From Vicinamibacterales bacterium (GTDB lineage Bacteria > Acidobacteriota > Vicinamibacteria > Vicinamibacterales > UBA2999), in the NCBI GenBank assembly GCA_030680175.1, contig JAUXWO010000049.1:10873-74872 (forward strand): a stretch of DNA of 64,000 nucleotides, given 5' to 3'. Shown here piece after piece: positions 8,439 to 16,819 of the stretch. Made by a program: the position numbers and the translations under genes. The notes below the pieces were generated by a model that made no database searches, had not been told where the DNA came from, and worked only from the letters and a program-made list of their open reading frames with translations. The first letter of the stretch is position 1, and the number at the start of each line of letters is the position of its first letter.

Positions 8439-9362
8439 ATGGGCTTCTTCGACCGGTTGAAAGAAGGGCTGTCGCGCACGGCCCAGCAGATCGTCGGCCG
8501 CTTCGATGAGATCGTCGAGCGCGCGGACGCGCCCGCGGACCGTACGCGGGCGGTGGACGTCGAGACGCTCGACGCGCTCGAGGAGCTCCTGATCGGAGCC
8601 GATGTCGGCGTGGCGGCCACGGACGCGATCGTGGACGCCGTCGGCACACGGCAGCGCAAAGGCGAGAGCCTGCGGGCGCTGGTGACCGAGGAGATCCTGC
8701 GCATCTTCGAGAGCGCCGCGCCCGTGCCGCCCCCCGTCGACCCGCCCCGCGTCGTGCTCGTCGTCGGCGTCAATGGCACGGGCAAGACGACGACCGTCGG
8801 GAAGCTCGCCAACCAGTTCACGCGCGAGGGGCGGTCGGTGCTCGTGTGTGCCGCCGACACGTTCCGCGCCGCGGCCGTCGACCAGCTGCAGGTGTGGGCC
8901 GACCGCGCCGGCGTGGACCTCGTGCGCGCGCGGGAAGGCGCGGACCCGGCGGCCGTGGTCTTCGATGCGATGGCCGCAGCGAAGACGCGCGGACGCGACC
9001 TCGTGCTCGTGGATACGGCGGGCCGGCTGCACACCCGCGTGAACCTGATGAACGAGCTCGACAAGATCCGCCGCGTGGCGGCCCGCGAGGTGCCCGGCGC
9101 TCCGCACGAGGTCCTGCTCGTGCTCGATGCCACGGTCGGGCAGAACGGCGTCGCCCAGGCGCGCGAGTTCACGTCGGTGGCCGGGGTGACGGGCATTGTG
9201 CTGACGAAGCTCGATGGCACCGCGAAGGGCGGCGTGGCCGTGGCGATTGCCCACGACCTGAAGCTGCCGATCCAGTACGTGGGCGTCGGGGAGGGCATCG
9301 ATGATCTGCTGCCGTTCTCGCCGCGCGACTACGTGGACGCCTTGTTCCAGGTGAAGTGGTGA
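8439..9362 (+). CDS. ftsY: Signal recognition particle receptor FtsY
   Basis: GVNGTGKTTTVGKLA, DTAGRLH and TKLDGTAKGG GTPase motifs. Confidence 0.9.
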   Translation: MGFFDRLKEGLSRTAQQIVGRFDEIVERADAPADRTRAVDVETLDALEELLIGADVGVAATDAIVDAVGTRQRKGESLRALVTEEILRIFESAAPVPPPVDPPRVVLVVGVNGTGKTTTVGKLANQFTREGRSVLVCAADTFRAAAVDQLQVWADRAGVDLVRAREGADPAAVVFDAMAAAKTRGRDLVLVDTAGRLHTRVNLMNELDKIRRVAAREVPGAPHEVLLVLDATVGQNGVAQAREFTSVAGVTGIVLTKLDGTAKGGVAVAIAHDLKLPIQYVGVGEGIDDLLPFSPRDYVDALFQVKW

Positions 9363-10441
9363 CCGACCGGCGCTACATGCGGCGGGCGCTGGTGCATGCG
9401 GCGCGTTCGGAAGGCGCGACCAGCCCGAACCCGATGGTGGGCGCCGTCGTCGTCACCCCCGAGGGCGTCGTCGTGGGGCAGGGGCGGCACGAGCGCGCGG
9501 GCGAGCCGCACGCCGAGGTGCATGCCCTGGCCGATGCGGGCACGCGCGCGCGCGGCGCGACGTTGTACGTCACGCTCGAGCCGTGCTGCCACACGGGGCG
9601 CACCGGGCCGTGCACCGAGCGCATCATCGAGGCCGGCATCACGCGGGTCGTCGCCGCGGTGACGGATCCCAACCCGGCCGTGCGCGGCGCCGGCTTCGAG
9701 GTGCTGCGGCGGCACGGCATCGTCGTGGAGGTGGGGGAGTGCGCGGCCGAGGCGACGCGGCTGAACCGGGGCTTCTTCGAGGTCCACGAGCACGGGCGTC
9801 CCATGGTGGTCGTCAAGGCCGCCGTGAGCCTCGACGGCAAGATCGCGCGCCGCGCCGGCGAGCGGACGACACTGTCGTCGTCGGCGGCGTTCCGCCGGAC
9901 GCATCTGCTCCGCGCGAGCCTCGATGCGCTCGCGGTCGGGGTCGGGACGCTGCTCGTGGACGATCCGCTGCTGACGGTCCGCGAGTGTTATCGGGAGCGG
10001 CCGCTGCTCCGTGCGGTGTTCGACCGGCAGTTGCAGACGCCGCCGGCGGCCCGCGTCTTCTCGACGTTGCCGTCCGGGCGGGTCATAATACTGACGAGCT
10101 TTCAGGCGGTGGCCGCGTACCCGGAGCGGGTGCAGGCCCTCGAGGCGGCCGGCGCGGTGGTCGAGGCGACGGGCGGCACTCTGGCCGAGGCCCTGTCGGC
10201 GCTGCGCGTGCACGAGGTGTCGTCGGTGCTGGTCGAAGGCGGCGCGCGCGTGCACGCGGCGCTGTGGGAGGCCGGTCTCGTCGATCGCGTGCACCTCGTG
10301 ACGGCGCCGGTCATGCTGGGGGAGGCGGGCGTGCCGCTCTTCGGTGGCGCCGCCGGCTGGCCGGCGCGCCTGGTGCCGGTGACGGCCTCGATCGTCGGAC
10401 GCGATACGTGGATGGAGGCTGATGTTCACTGGACTCATTGA
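9356..10441 (+). CDS. ribD: Bifunctional riboflavin biosynthesis deaminase/reductase RibD
   Basis: YMRRALVHA...SPNPMVGAVVV, HAEVHAL and TLEPCCHTGRTGPC. The start overlaps the ftsY stop. Confidence 0.9.
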   Translation: MVTDRRYMRRALVHAARSEGATSPNPMVGAVVVTPEGVVVGQGRHERAGEPHAEVHALADAGTRARGATLYVTLEPCCHTGRTGPCTERIIEAGITRVVAAVTDPNPAVRGAGFEVLRRHGIVVEVGECAAEATRLNRGFFEVHEHGRPMVVVKAAVSLDGKIARRAGERTTLSSSAAFRRTHLLRASLDALAVGVGTLLVDDPLLTVRECYRERPLLRAVFDRQLQTPPAARVFSTLPSGRVIILTSFQAVAAYPERVQALEAAGAVVEATGGTLAEALSALRVHEVSSVLVEGGARVHAALWEAGLVDRVHLVTAPVMLGEAGVPLFGGAAGWPARLVPVTASIVGRDTWMEADVHWTH

Positions 10442-11042
10442 GGCACTCGGGACGCTCGTCGAAGTGAAGCCCGCGGCGGGCGGCTTTCGGGTGCGCATCG
10501 AGACGAGCCTCGCGCCGGAACTGGCGGTGGGCGAGAGCCTGGCCGTCAACGGCGTCTGCCTCACCGCCACGCTGATCGACGACGGGGAGGTGCATGCGGA
10601 GGTGGGGCCCGAGACGGCGCGCGTGACGACGCTCGGCGGGCTCCAGCGCGGCCAGCCCGTGAACCTCGAGCGGGCGATGCGCTTCGATGGCCGCCTGGGC
10701 GGACACTTCGTGCAGGGGCACGTGGACGGCGTCGGCGTTGTCGACGAGGTGCGCCCCGAGTCCGACTCGCGCTGGCTGACGCTGAGTTTTCCGCCGGCGC
10801 TGGCGCCGTACTTCATCCGGAAGGGCTCGGTTGCCGTGGACGGGGTGAGCCTGACCGTCGCGGGGCTCGGCGAGAAGCAGTTCGACGTGCAGGTGATCCC
10901 GCACACCTGGGCGCATACGACGCTGAAGACGTTGCGGGCCGGCGATCGCGTCAACCTCGAGTGCGACATGCTGGGCAAGTACGTCATCCGCGCCGCCGGC
11001 CTGGCCGGTCTGGGCGAGGGACGCCGGCAGGATCCGTCCTGA
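10422..11042 (+). CDS. ribE: Riboflavin synthase
   Basis: MFTGLIEALGT...SLAVNGVCLT... with the internal duplicate ...SVAVDGVSLTV. Confidence 0.9.
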   Translation: MFTGLIEALGTLVEVKPAAGGFRVRIETSLAPELAVGESLAVNGVCLTATLIDDGEVHAEVGPETARVTTLGGLQRGQPVNLERAMRFDGRLGGHFVQGHVDGVGVVDEVRPESDSRWLTLSFPPALAPYFIRKGSVAVDGVSLTVAGLGEKQFDVQVIPHTWAHTTLKTLRAGDRVNLECDMLGKYVIRAAGLAGLGEGRRQDPS

Positions 11043-11079
11043 GGCCGCCGGCGGCCGTGTAAGAGAGAGAGTCTGGGTC

Positions 11080-12324
11080 ATGCCGCGCAAGCTATCGATT
11101 GCCAAGGGGGCCAGAAGCGCCTCGCCGTTCGCGCCCGTCGAGGCCGCCCTCGAGGCCATCCGCCGTGGCGAGATGGTCATCGTGGTCGATGATGAGGATC
11201 GCGAGAACGAGGGCGACCTCACGATCGCCGCGGAGAAGATCACCCCGGAGGTGATCAACTTCATGGCGACCCACGGGCGGGGGCTGATCTGCATGCCGAT
11301 GACCGGCGAGCGGCTCGATGCCCTCGAGATCCCGCTGCAGTCGCAGAAGAACACGACGCCCTTCGATACCGCGTTCTGCGTGGGCATCGAGGCGCGGCGG
11401 GGGGTGACGACCGGCATTTCCGCCCGGGACCGCGCGACGACCGTGCTGGCGGCCATCGATCCGAAGACGACACCCGTGGACCTGGCCCGGCCCGGTCATG
11501 TGTTCCCGCTCCGCGCGCGTGAGGGCGGGGTGCTCGTCCGCGCCGGCCAGACCGAAGCCGCGGTCGACCTCGCGCGGATCGCGGGGATGTACCCCGCCGG
11601 GGTCATCTGCGAGATCTCGAATCCCGATGGATCGATGGCGCGGGTGCCGGACCTGGCGAAGTTCGCGAAGCGGCACACGCTGCTGATGATCACCATCGCC
11701 GACCTCATCCGGTACCGGATGCGGACGGAGGGGCTGGTGAAAAAGGTGGCCGAGGCGGACCTGCCGACCGAACACGGCCCCTTCCGGATCCATGCCTTCG
11801 AGTCGCTGCTCGGCGAGCAGACGCACGTCGCGCTGGTGTGCGGCGAGATCGGCGACGGCGAGAACCTGCTGGTGCGGGTCCACTCGAAGTGCCTGACCGG
11901 GGACGTGTTCCACTCGGCCCGCTGCGACTGCGGCCCGCAGCTCGAGACGGCGATGCAGCGCATCGCGCTCGAGGGGCGGGGGGTGCTCCTGTACCTCAAC
12001 CAGGAGGGCCGGGGGATCGGCCTGGCGAACAAGATCCGCGCGTACGAACTGCAGGATCAGGGCTACGACACGGTCGAGGCGAACGAGCGGCTCGGCTTCA
12101 AGGCCGACCAGCGCGACTACGGCATCGGCGCCCAGATTCTGCGCCACCTCGGCGTCCGGACCATGCGCCTGCTCACCAATAATCCCCGTAAGTTCGTGGG
12201 ATTACAGGGGTACGGCCTCGCCGTGGCGGATTCGGTGCCGCTCGAGATCCCCCCGTCCGACACCACCCGCAAGTACCTCAAGACCAAGAAGGACAAGCTG
12301 GGGCACCGGCTGACCCGCGTCTAG
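11080..12324 (+). CDS. ribBA: Bifunctional 3,4-dihydroxy-2-butanone-4-phosphate synthase / GTP cyclohydrolase II
   Basis: DDEDRENEGDL, GLICMPM, and VRVHSKCLTGDVFHSARCDCGPQLE...LYLNQEGRGIGL. Confidence 0.9.
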   Translation: MPRKLSIAKGARSASPFAPVEAALEAIRRGEMVIVVDDEDRENEGDLTIAAEKITPEVINFMATHGRGLICMPMTGERLDALEIPLQSQKNTTPFDTAFCVGIEARRGVTTGISARDRATTVLAAIDPKTTPVDLARPGHVFPLRAREGGVLVRAGQTEAAVDLARIAGMYPAGVICEISNPDGSMARVPDLAKFAKRHTLLMITIADLIRYRMRTEGLVKKVAEADLPTEHGPFRIHAFESLLGEQTHVALVCGEIGDGENLLVRVHSKCLTGDVFHSARCDCGPQLETAMQRIALEGRGVLLYLNQEGRGIGLANKIRAYELQDQGYDTVEANERLGFKADQRDYGIGAQILRHLGVRTMRLLTNNPRKFVGLQGYGLAVADSVPLEIPPSDTTRKYLKTKKDKLGHRLTRV

Positions 12325-12395
12325 TGACGTGCCTCGACGTGCCCCGGAGCGCCTCCTCCCGGCACGAATCCGCCCCCACCGGCCCGGCTTGGCCG

Positions 12396-12425
12396 TAGAC
12401 AATCGGCGTGAAGCTCAAGTAAGAT
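12396..12425 (+). promoter_or_regulatory. Candidate sigma70-type promoter for ffh (TAGACA-18 nt-TAAGAT)
   Basis: Hexamers at 12396-12401 and 12420-12425, about 43 nt upstream of the ffh ATG. This rests on a motif match only. Confidence 0.25.
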
Positions 12426-12468
12426 AAGGGTTTGCGCTGAGGGGCCCCTGTCCCGGCAGTGCGGGCTC

Positions 12469-13830
12469 ATGTTCGATACGCTCAGCAACCGGCTGCAGGA
12501 CACGTTCCGCTCGATTCGCGGAGAGACGCGGCTCACGGAGACCTCCGTCGAGACGGCGCTCCGCGAGATCCGGCTGGCGCTCGTCGAGGCCGACGTCAAC
12601 GTGCAGGTCGTCAAGGCCTTCGTCGATCGCGTCCGCGATCGGGCGATGGATCAGGCGGTCCTCAAGAGCCTGACGCCGAGCCAGCAGGTCGTCAAGATCG
12701 TGCGCGACGAGCTGCTCGCGCTCTTCGGCGACGCGACGGGCGGGCTGGTGGAGACGACGGCGCGGCCGCGCGTCATCCTGATGCTCGGCCTGCAGGGGTC
12801 GGGCAAGACCACCACCACGGGCAAGCTCGCACGGTGGTTGAAGAAGCAGGGTCGCCACCCGCTGGTCGTCTCGACCGACGTGCGGCGGCCCGCCGCGATC
12901 CAGCAGCTGGCCGTGGTCGCGGGCCAGGCGGGCGTGCGCGTGCACGATCCGGCCGGCGAGATGGATCCGGTGGCGCGCACACGCGGCGCGCTGCAGGAGG
13001 CGAAGAACGTCGGCGCCGACGTCGTCATCGTGGACACGGCGGGCCGGCTGCACATCGACGACGAGCTGATGGTCGAACTGCTGGCCATCCGCGACGTCGC
13101 CGGACCGAGCGACCTGCTGTACGTCGCCGATGCGATGACGGGGCAGGACGCGATCAAGAGCGCGGGCGAGTTCCACCGCCAGATCGGCGTCACGGGCGTC
13201 GTGCTCTCGAAGATCGACGGCGATGCGCGCGGCGGCGCGGCGCTCTCGGTCGTGTCGGTCGTGGGTGTGCCGATTGCGTTTGTCGGCGCGGGCGAGCGGC
13301 TCGAGGATCTCGAGGCGTTTCACGCCGATCGGTTCGTGTCGCGCATGCTCGGCATGGGCGACGTGCTCTCGCTCATCGAGAAGGCCGAGGAGGCCATCGA
13401 CGAGGGCGAGGCGGCGCGGCTCGAAGAGAAGCTGCGGCGCAATGCGTTTTCACTGGGCGACTTCCGGGATCAGCTGCGGACGATCCGGAAGATGGGGCCG
13501 CTCGAGCACGTCCTGAAGCTGCTGCCCGGCATGGGCCAGATGAAGGACCTCGCGGCGAACAAGCCCGACGAGAAGTCGCTCGGCCGGATCGAGGCGATCA
13601 TCAACGCGATGACGCCCGAGGAGCGCGAGCACGCGGAGATCATCGACGGCAGCCGCCGCAAGCGCGTGGCGCGCGGCAGCGGGACGTCGGTCGAGGACGT
13701 GAACCGGCTGCTCAAGCAGTACGCCGAGATGCGGAAGATGCTGAAGATGGTGGGGCAGATGACGGGGCAGCCCGTCGGACCGGGCCCGAAGAAGAAGAAG
13801 CGAAAAGGCCCGTTCAGCCTGATGCGGTAG
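12469..13830 (+). CDS. ffh: Signal recognition particle protein Ffh
   Basis: MFDTLSNRLQ..., GLQGSGKTTTTGKLA, DTAGRLH, SKIDGDARGGAALS, and a Met-rich M domain. Confidence 0.95.
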   Translation: MFDTLSNRLQDTFRSIRGETRLTETSVETALREIRLALVEADVNVQVVKAFVDRVRDRAMDQAVLKSLTPSQQVVKIVRDELLALFGDATGGLVETTARPRVILMLGLQGSGKTTTTGKLARWLKKQGRHPLVVSTDVRRPAAIQQLAVVAGQAGVRVHDPAGEMDPVARTRGALQEAKNVGADVVIVDTAGRLHIDDELMVELLAIRDVAGPSDLLYVADAMTGQDAIKSAGEFHRQIGVTGVVLSKIDGDARGGAALSVVSVVGVPIAFVGAGERLEDLEAFHADRFVSRMLGMGDVLSLIEKAEEAIDEGEAARLEEKLRRNAFSLGDFRDQLRTIRKMGPLEHVLKLLPGMGQMKDLAANKPDEKSLGRIEAIINAMTPEEREHAEIIDGSRRKRVARGSGTSVEDVNRLLKQYAEMRKMLKMVGQMTGQPVGPGPKKKKRKGPFSLMR

Positions 13831-13848
13831 AGAGAGAGGACTGTAGAG

Positions 13849-14142
13849 ATGTTGTCGATTCGCATGCGTCGCGTGGGGTCCAAGAAGCGCCCCTATTACC
13901 GCGTCGTCGTCACGGAGGCGCGCTCGCCGCGTGAAGGCGGGTTCCTCGAGATCCTGGGGACCTACAACCCCCGCACGACGCCCGCCACGGTCGAAGTGGA
14001 CCTCGGCCGGGTGGAGCACTGGATTTCGCAGGGCGCCCAGCCGTCCGACTCGGTGCGGACGCTGATGGCCAACTACCTGACGCGCGACCGCGGGGCCGTC
14101 GTGGCGCCGGTCGAGGCCGCGCCGACGGCGCCGGCGCAGTAG
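13849..14142 (+). CDS. rpsP: 30S ribosomal protein S16
   Basis: [41 protein letters not shown]. Confidence 0.95.
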   Translation: MLSIRMRRVGSKKRPYYRVVVTEARSPREGGFLEILGTYNPRTTPATVEVDLGRVEHWISQGAQPSDSVRTLMANYLTRDRGAVVAPVEAAPTAPAQ

Positions 14143-14150
14143 GCGTCGTC

Positions 14151-14405
14151 GTGGCTGACCATTCCGCGCTCGTGGCGGTCGTGGCGCGCGCGCTGGCCGA
14201 TGAACCCGACGCCGTGCGCGTCACGGTGGGGGAGCGTCGCGGCGCGACCCACTATGAACTGCACGTGGCGCCGCGGGATCTCGGGCGCGTGATCGGGCGG
14301 CAAGGCCGCACGGCCGCGGCGCTGCGCCTGCTGTTGTCGGCCGCCGCCGAGGCGGCCGGTGGCAAGGCGCAGCTCGACATCCGCGATTCCGACGGCCGGA
14401 GCTGA
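14151..14405 (+). CDS. KH-domain RNA-binding protein (YlqC/UPF0109-like)
   Basis: The [22 protein letters not shown] motif, and the conserved position between rpsP and rimM. Confidence 0.75.
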   Translation: MADHSALVAVVARALADEPDAVRVTVGERRGATHYELHVAPRDLGRVIGRQGRTAAALRLLLSAAAEAAGGKAQLDIRDSDGRS

Positions 14406-15013
14406 TGGCCGGCGGCGGAGCGCCGGACTGGGACGACCTGGTGCTCGTGGGCGTCATCGCCCGCCCCCGCGGGATCCGCGGGGAGGTCATCGTCAACCCG
14501 GTCACGGACTTCCCGGAGGAGCGCTTCGCCGAGGGCGCGGTGCTCCAGGTCAGGCGGGCTGGGAGCGCGACGACCGAGACGCTGACGATTCGCACCGCGC
14601 GCCTGCATCTCGGCCGCCCGGTGGTGCAGTTCGAGGGGTTGGATTCGATCGACGCGGCGCAGGTCTGGGCCGGGGCCGAGTTGCGGATTCACCCAGGCGA
14701 GCAGCACGCGCTGCCCGACGGCGTCTACTACCACAGCCAGCTCGTGGGGTGTGCGGTGGTGACGGAGGGCGGGGCGGAGATCGGCACGGTGACGGCCGTG
14801 GACGGGGAGACGTCGAACAGCCGGCTCGTGGTGCGTGGCCGCCGGGGCGAGGTGCTGATTCCCCTCGTCGAGGCGATTTGCCCCGAGGTGGACGTCGAGG
14901 GCCGGCGCATCGTGGTCAGGCCGCCCGAGGGCCTGCTGGACGTGAACGTAGCACGGTGGACCGCTGACGCGCCCGGCGGCGCGCCACCGGAGACCGGCCC
15001 CGGGGGGGCATGA
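14405..15013 (+). CDS. rimM: 16S rRNA processing protein RimM
   Basis: [19 protein letters not shown], a PRC-barrel-like C-terminus, and operon context. Confidence 0.85.
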   Translation: MAGGGAPDWDDLVLVGVIARPRGIRGEVIVNPVTDFPEERFAEGAVLQVRRAGSATTETLTIRTARLHLGRPVVQFEGLDSIDAAQVWAGAELRIHPGEQHALPDGVYYHSQLVGCAVVTEGGAEIGTVTAVDGETSNSRLVVRGRRGEVLIPLVEAICPEVDVEGRRIVVRPPEGLLDVNVARWTADAPGGAPPETGPGGA

Positions 15014-15768
15014 AGTTCGACATCGTCACCATCTTTCCGCGCATGGTCGAAGCCGGGCTGGCGGAAGGGGTGGTCGGACGCGCGAAGGAGCGGGGCACAC
15101 TGGACGTCGTGGTCCACAACCTGCGCGACTTCACGTCCGACAAGCACCATGTGGTGGACGACATGCCGTTTGGCGGCGGCCCCGGCATGGTGCTCAAGCC
15201 GGAGCCGATGTTCCGGGCGGTCGAGGCGATTCGCGAGACGCGCGGCGCGCCCGGGGCGGTGGTGATGACCTCGCCGGCCGGACGTCCGTTCACGCAGGAC
15301 GAGGCGCGGCGGCTGGCGGCCTGCGGACACGTGGTGCTGCTCTGCGGGCGCTACGAAGGCGTCGACGAGCGGGTGCGGGAGCACCTGGCGACCGACGAGA
15401 TCTCGATCGGCGACTACGTGGTGTCGGGCGGCGAGCTGCCGGCCCTGGTCATCGTGGACGCCGTGGCCCGGCTGATTCCCGGCGTCGTCGGGGACGGCCA
15501 GTCGGTGGAAGAGGATTCGTTCACGCGCGGGTTGCTCGACTACCCGCACTACACGCGGCCGGCGGACTTCCGCGGGTTGACGGTTCCCGAGGTGCTCATG
15601 TCCGGGCATCACGGGGAGATACGGCGGTGGCGGCGCCTTCAGGCGTTGCGCCGGACGCTCGAACGGCGGCCGGACCTGCTGGAATCGGTGACGCTCGACG
15701 ATGACGAGCGGGACATGCTGCGGACGCTGGTGCGTGCGCGCATTGATGACGAGACACAAAGGAGCTAG
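15010..15768 (+). CDS. trmD: tRNA (guanine37-N1)-methyltransferase
   Basis: [12 protein letters not shown]..., [45 protein letters not shown]. Confidence 0.93.
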   Translation: MKFDIVTIFPRMVEAGLAEGVVGRAKERGTLDVVVHNLRDFTSDKHHVVDDMPFGGGPGMVLKPEPMFRAVEAIRETRGAPGAVVMTSPAGRPFTQDEARRLAACGHVVLLCGRYEGVDERVREHLATDEISIGDYVVSGGELPALVIVDAVARLIPGVVGDGQSVEEDSFTRGLLDYPHYTRPADFRGLTVPEVLMSGHHGEIRRWRRLQALRRTLERRPDLLESVTLDDDERDMLRTLVRARIDDETQRS

Positions 15769-15771
15769 GTG

Positions 15772-16119
15772 ATGGGCGCGATTGAGCTCATTGAGCAGGG
15801 CCAGATGGCCGAGCGGCCGCCGATGAAGGCCGGCGACACGGTGAAGGTGCACGTCCGGGTCAAGGAAGGCGACAAGGAACGCATCCAGATCTTCGAGGGT
15901 GTGATCATCAACCTGCGCCGCGGCGGCACCCGGGGGTCGTTCACGGTCCGCAAGGTGTCGTTCGGCCAGGGTGTCGAGCGCATCTTCCCGACGCATTCGC
16001 CCATCATCCAGAAGGTGGATGTCGTGCGCTCGGCCAAGGTGCGCCGTGCGAAGCTGTACTTCCTGCGCGACCTGCGCGGCAAGGCGGCCCGCATGAAGGA
16101 AGTGCGGCGGAATCCGTAG
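15772..16119 (+). CDS. rplS: 50S ribosomal protein L19
   Basis: [28 protein letters not shown]...[27 protein letters not shown] lies upstream. A GTG at 15769 is an alternative start. Confidence 0.93.
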   Translation: MGAIELIEQGQMAERPPMKAGDTVKVHVRVKEGDKERIQIFEGVIINLRRGGTRGSFTVRKVSFGQGVERIFPTHSPIIQKVDVVRSAKVRRAKLYFLRDLRGKAARMKEVRRNP

Positions 16120-16121
16120 CA

Positions 16122-16199
16122 GGGTGCTCACGGGTGCCCGGGGTGCCCACGGTGCCCGGGGTGCGCGAGGTGCTGGGCAGGGTGCCGAAGGTGCCGAAG
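16122..16199. repeat. Nonamer tandem array of GGTGCNNNN type (about 8.5 units; reverse orientation of the GGCACC core)
   Basis: Read directly: gggtgctca c gggtgcccg gggtgccca c ggtgcccgg ggtgcgcga ggtgctggg ca gggtgccgaa ggtgccgaa. It starts 3 nt after the rplS stop. Confidence 0.9.
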
Positions 16200-16817
16200 A
16201 CGGCTGGGGCTCGGCGGACGCTCGAGAACACGCTTCGGCGGTTCGGGTTCGCGTTCGTGGCGGGTGTGGATGAGGTGGGCCGGGGGTGCCTGGCCGGTCC
16301 GGTCATGGCCGGAGCGGTGGTGCTGGACCCGGCCCGTCATATTCCGGGACTGGCCGATTCCAAGGCCTTGTCGGCCGCCGCACGGGAGCGGTTGCACGAC
16401 CAGATCATCGCCCAGGCGATTACCTGGGCCGTGGAGGCTGTTGATCCACAGGAGATCGACCGAATAAACATTCATCAGGCCACGCTCCGGGCCATGCAGC
16501 GCGCCGTGCTGGCTCTCTCCCCCCTTCCGGACGCGGTGCTGGTGGACGCCTTTCGTGTGCCCGACCTCCCGATGGCCCAGCGAGCCGTCGTGGGGGGGGA
16601 CCGCCGGGCGTCGGCCATCGCCGCCGCGTCGATCGTGGCCAAAGTGACGCGCGACCGGTGGATGAGCCGGCTTGACGCCGAGGATCCCCGCTATGGGTTC
16701 CGGCGCCACAAGGGCTACGGCACGGCGGAACACCTGGCCGCGGTCGCTCGCTTCGGATACTCGCACCAGCACCGCCGTTCGTTCAGGCCCCAGCGGCTGT
16801 TTGATACGATGGACTGA
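16134..16817 (+). CDS. rnhB: Ribonuclease HII
   Basis: FVAGVDEVGRGCLAGPVMAGAVV, DSKALS, KGYGTAEH. The start is unresolved: in-frame GTGs occur only inside the repeat array (16134, 16143, 16152, 16161, 16170, 16182, 16191). Confidence 0.85.
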   Translation: MPGVPTVPGVREVLGRVPKVPKTAGARRTLENTLRRFGFAFVAGVDEVGRGCLAGPVMAGAVVLDPARHIPGLADSKALSAAARERLHDQIIAQAITWAVEAVDPQEIDRINIHQATLRAMQRAVLALSPLPDAVLVDAFRVPDLPMAQRAVVGGDRRASAIAAASIVAKVTRDRWMSRLDAEDPRYGFRRHKGYGTAEHLAAVARFGYSHQHRRSFRPQRLFDTMD

Positions 16818-16819
16818 GG

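Noticed and set aside
7544-9298. Long antisense or alternative-frame ORFs in the track, for example 7544..9298(-), 16715..18628(-), 21660..23438(+), 22753..25185(+), 32366..33928(+), 50875..52671(-), 53304..56282(-), 9329..10987(-)
   Set aside because: Each lies opposite to, or out of frame with, a gene with clear conserved motifs (gpsA/ftsY, the TPR gene, polX, nagZ, the secretin, accC, the transporters, ribD/E). Their translations are Arg/Pro/Gly/Ala-rich low-complexity sequence, typical of stop-poor shadow frames in GC-rich DNA.
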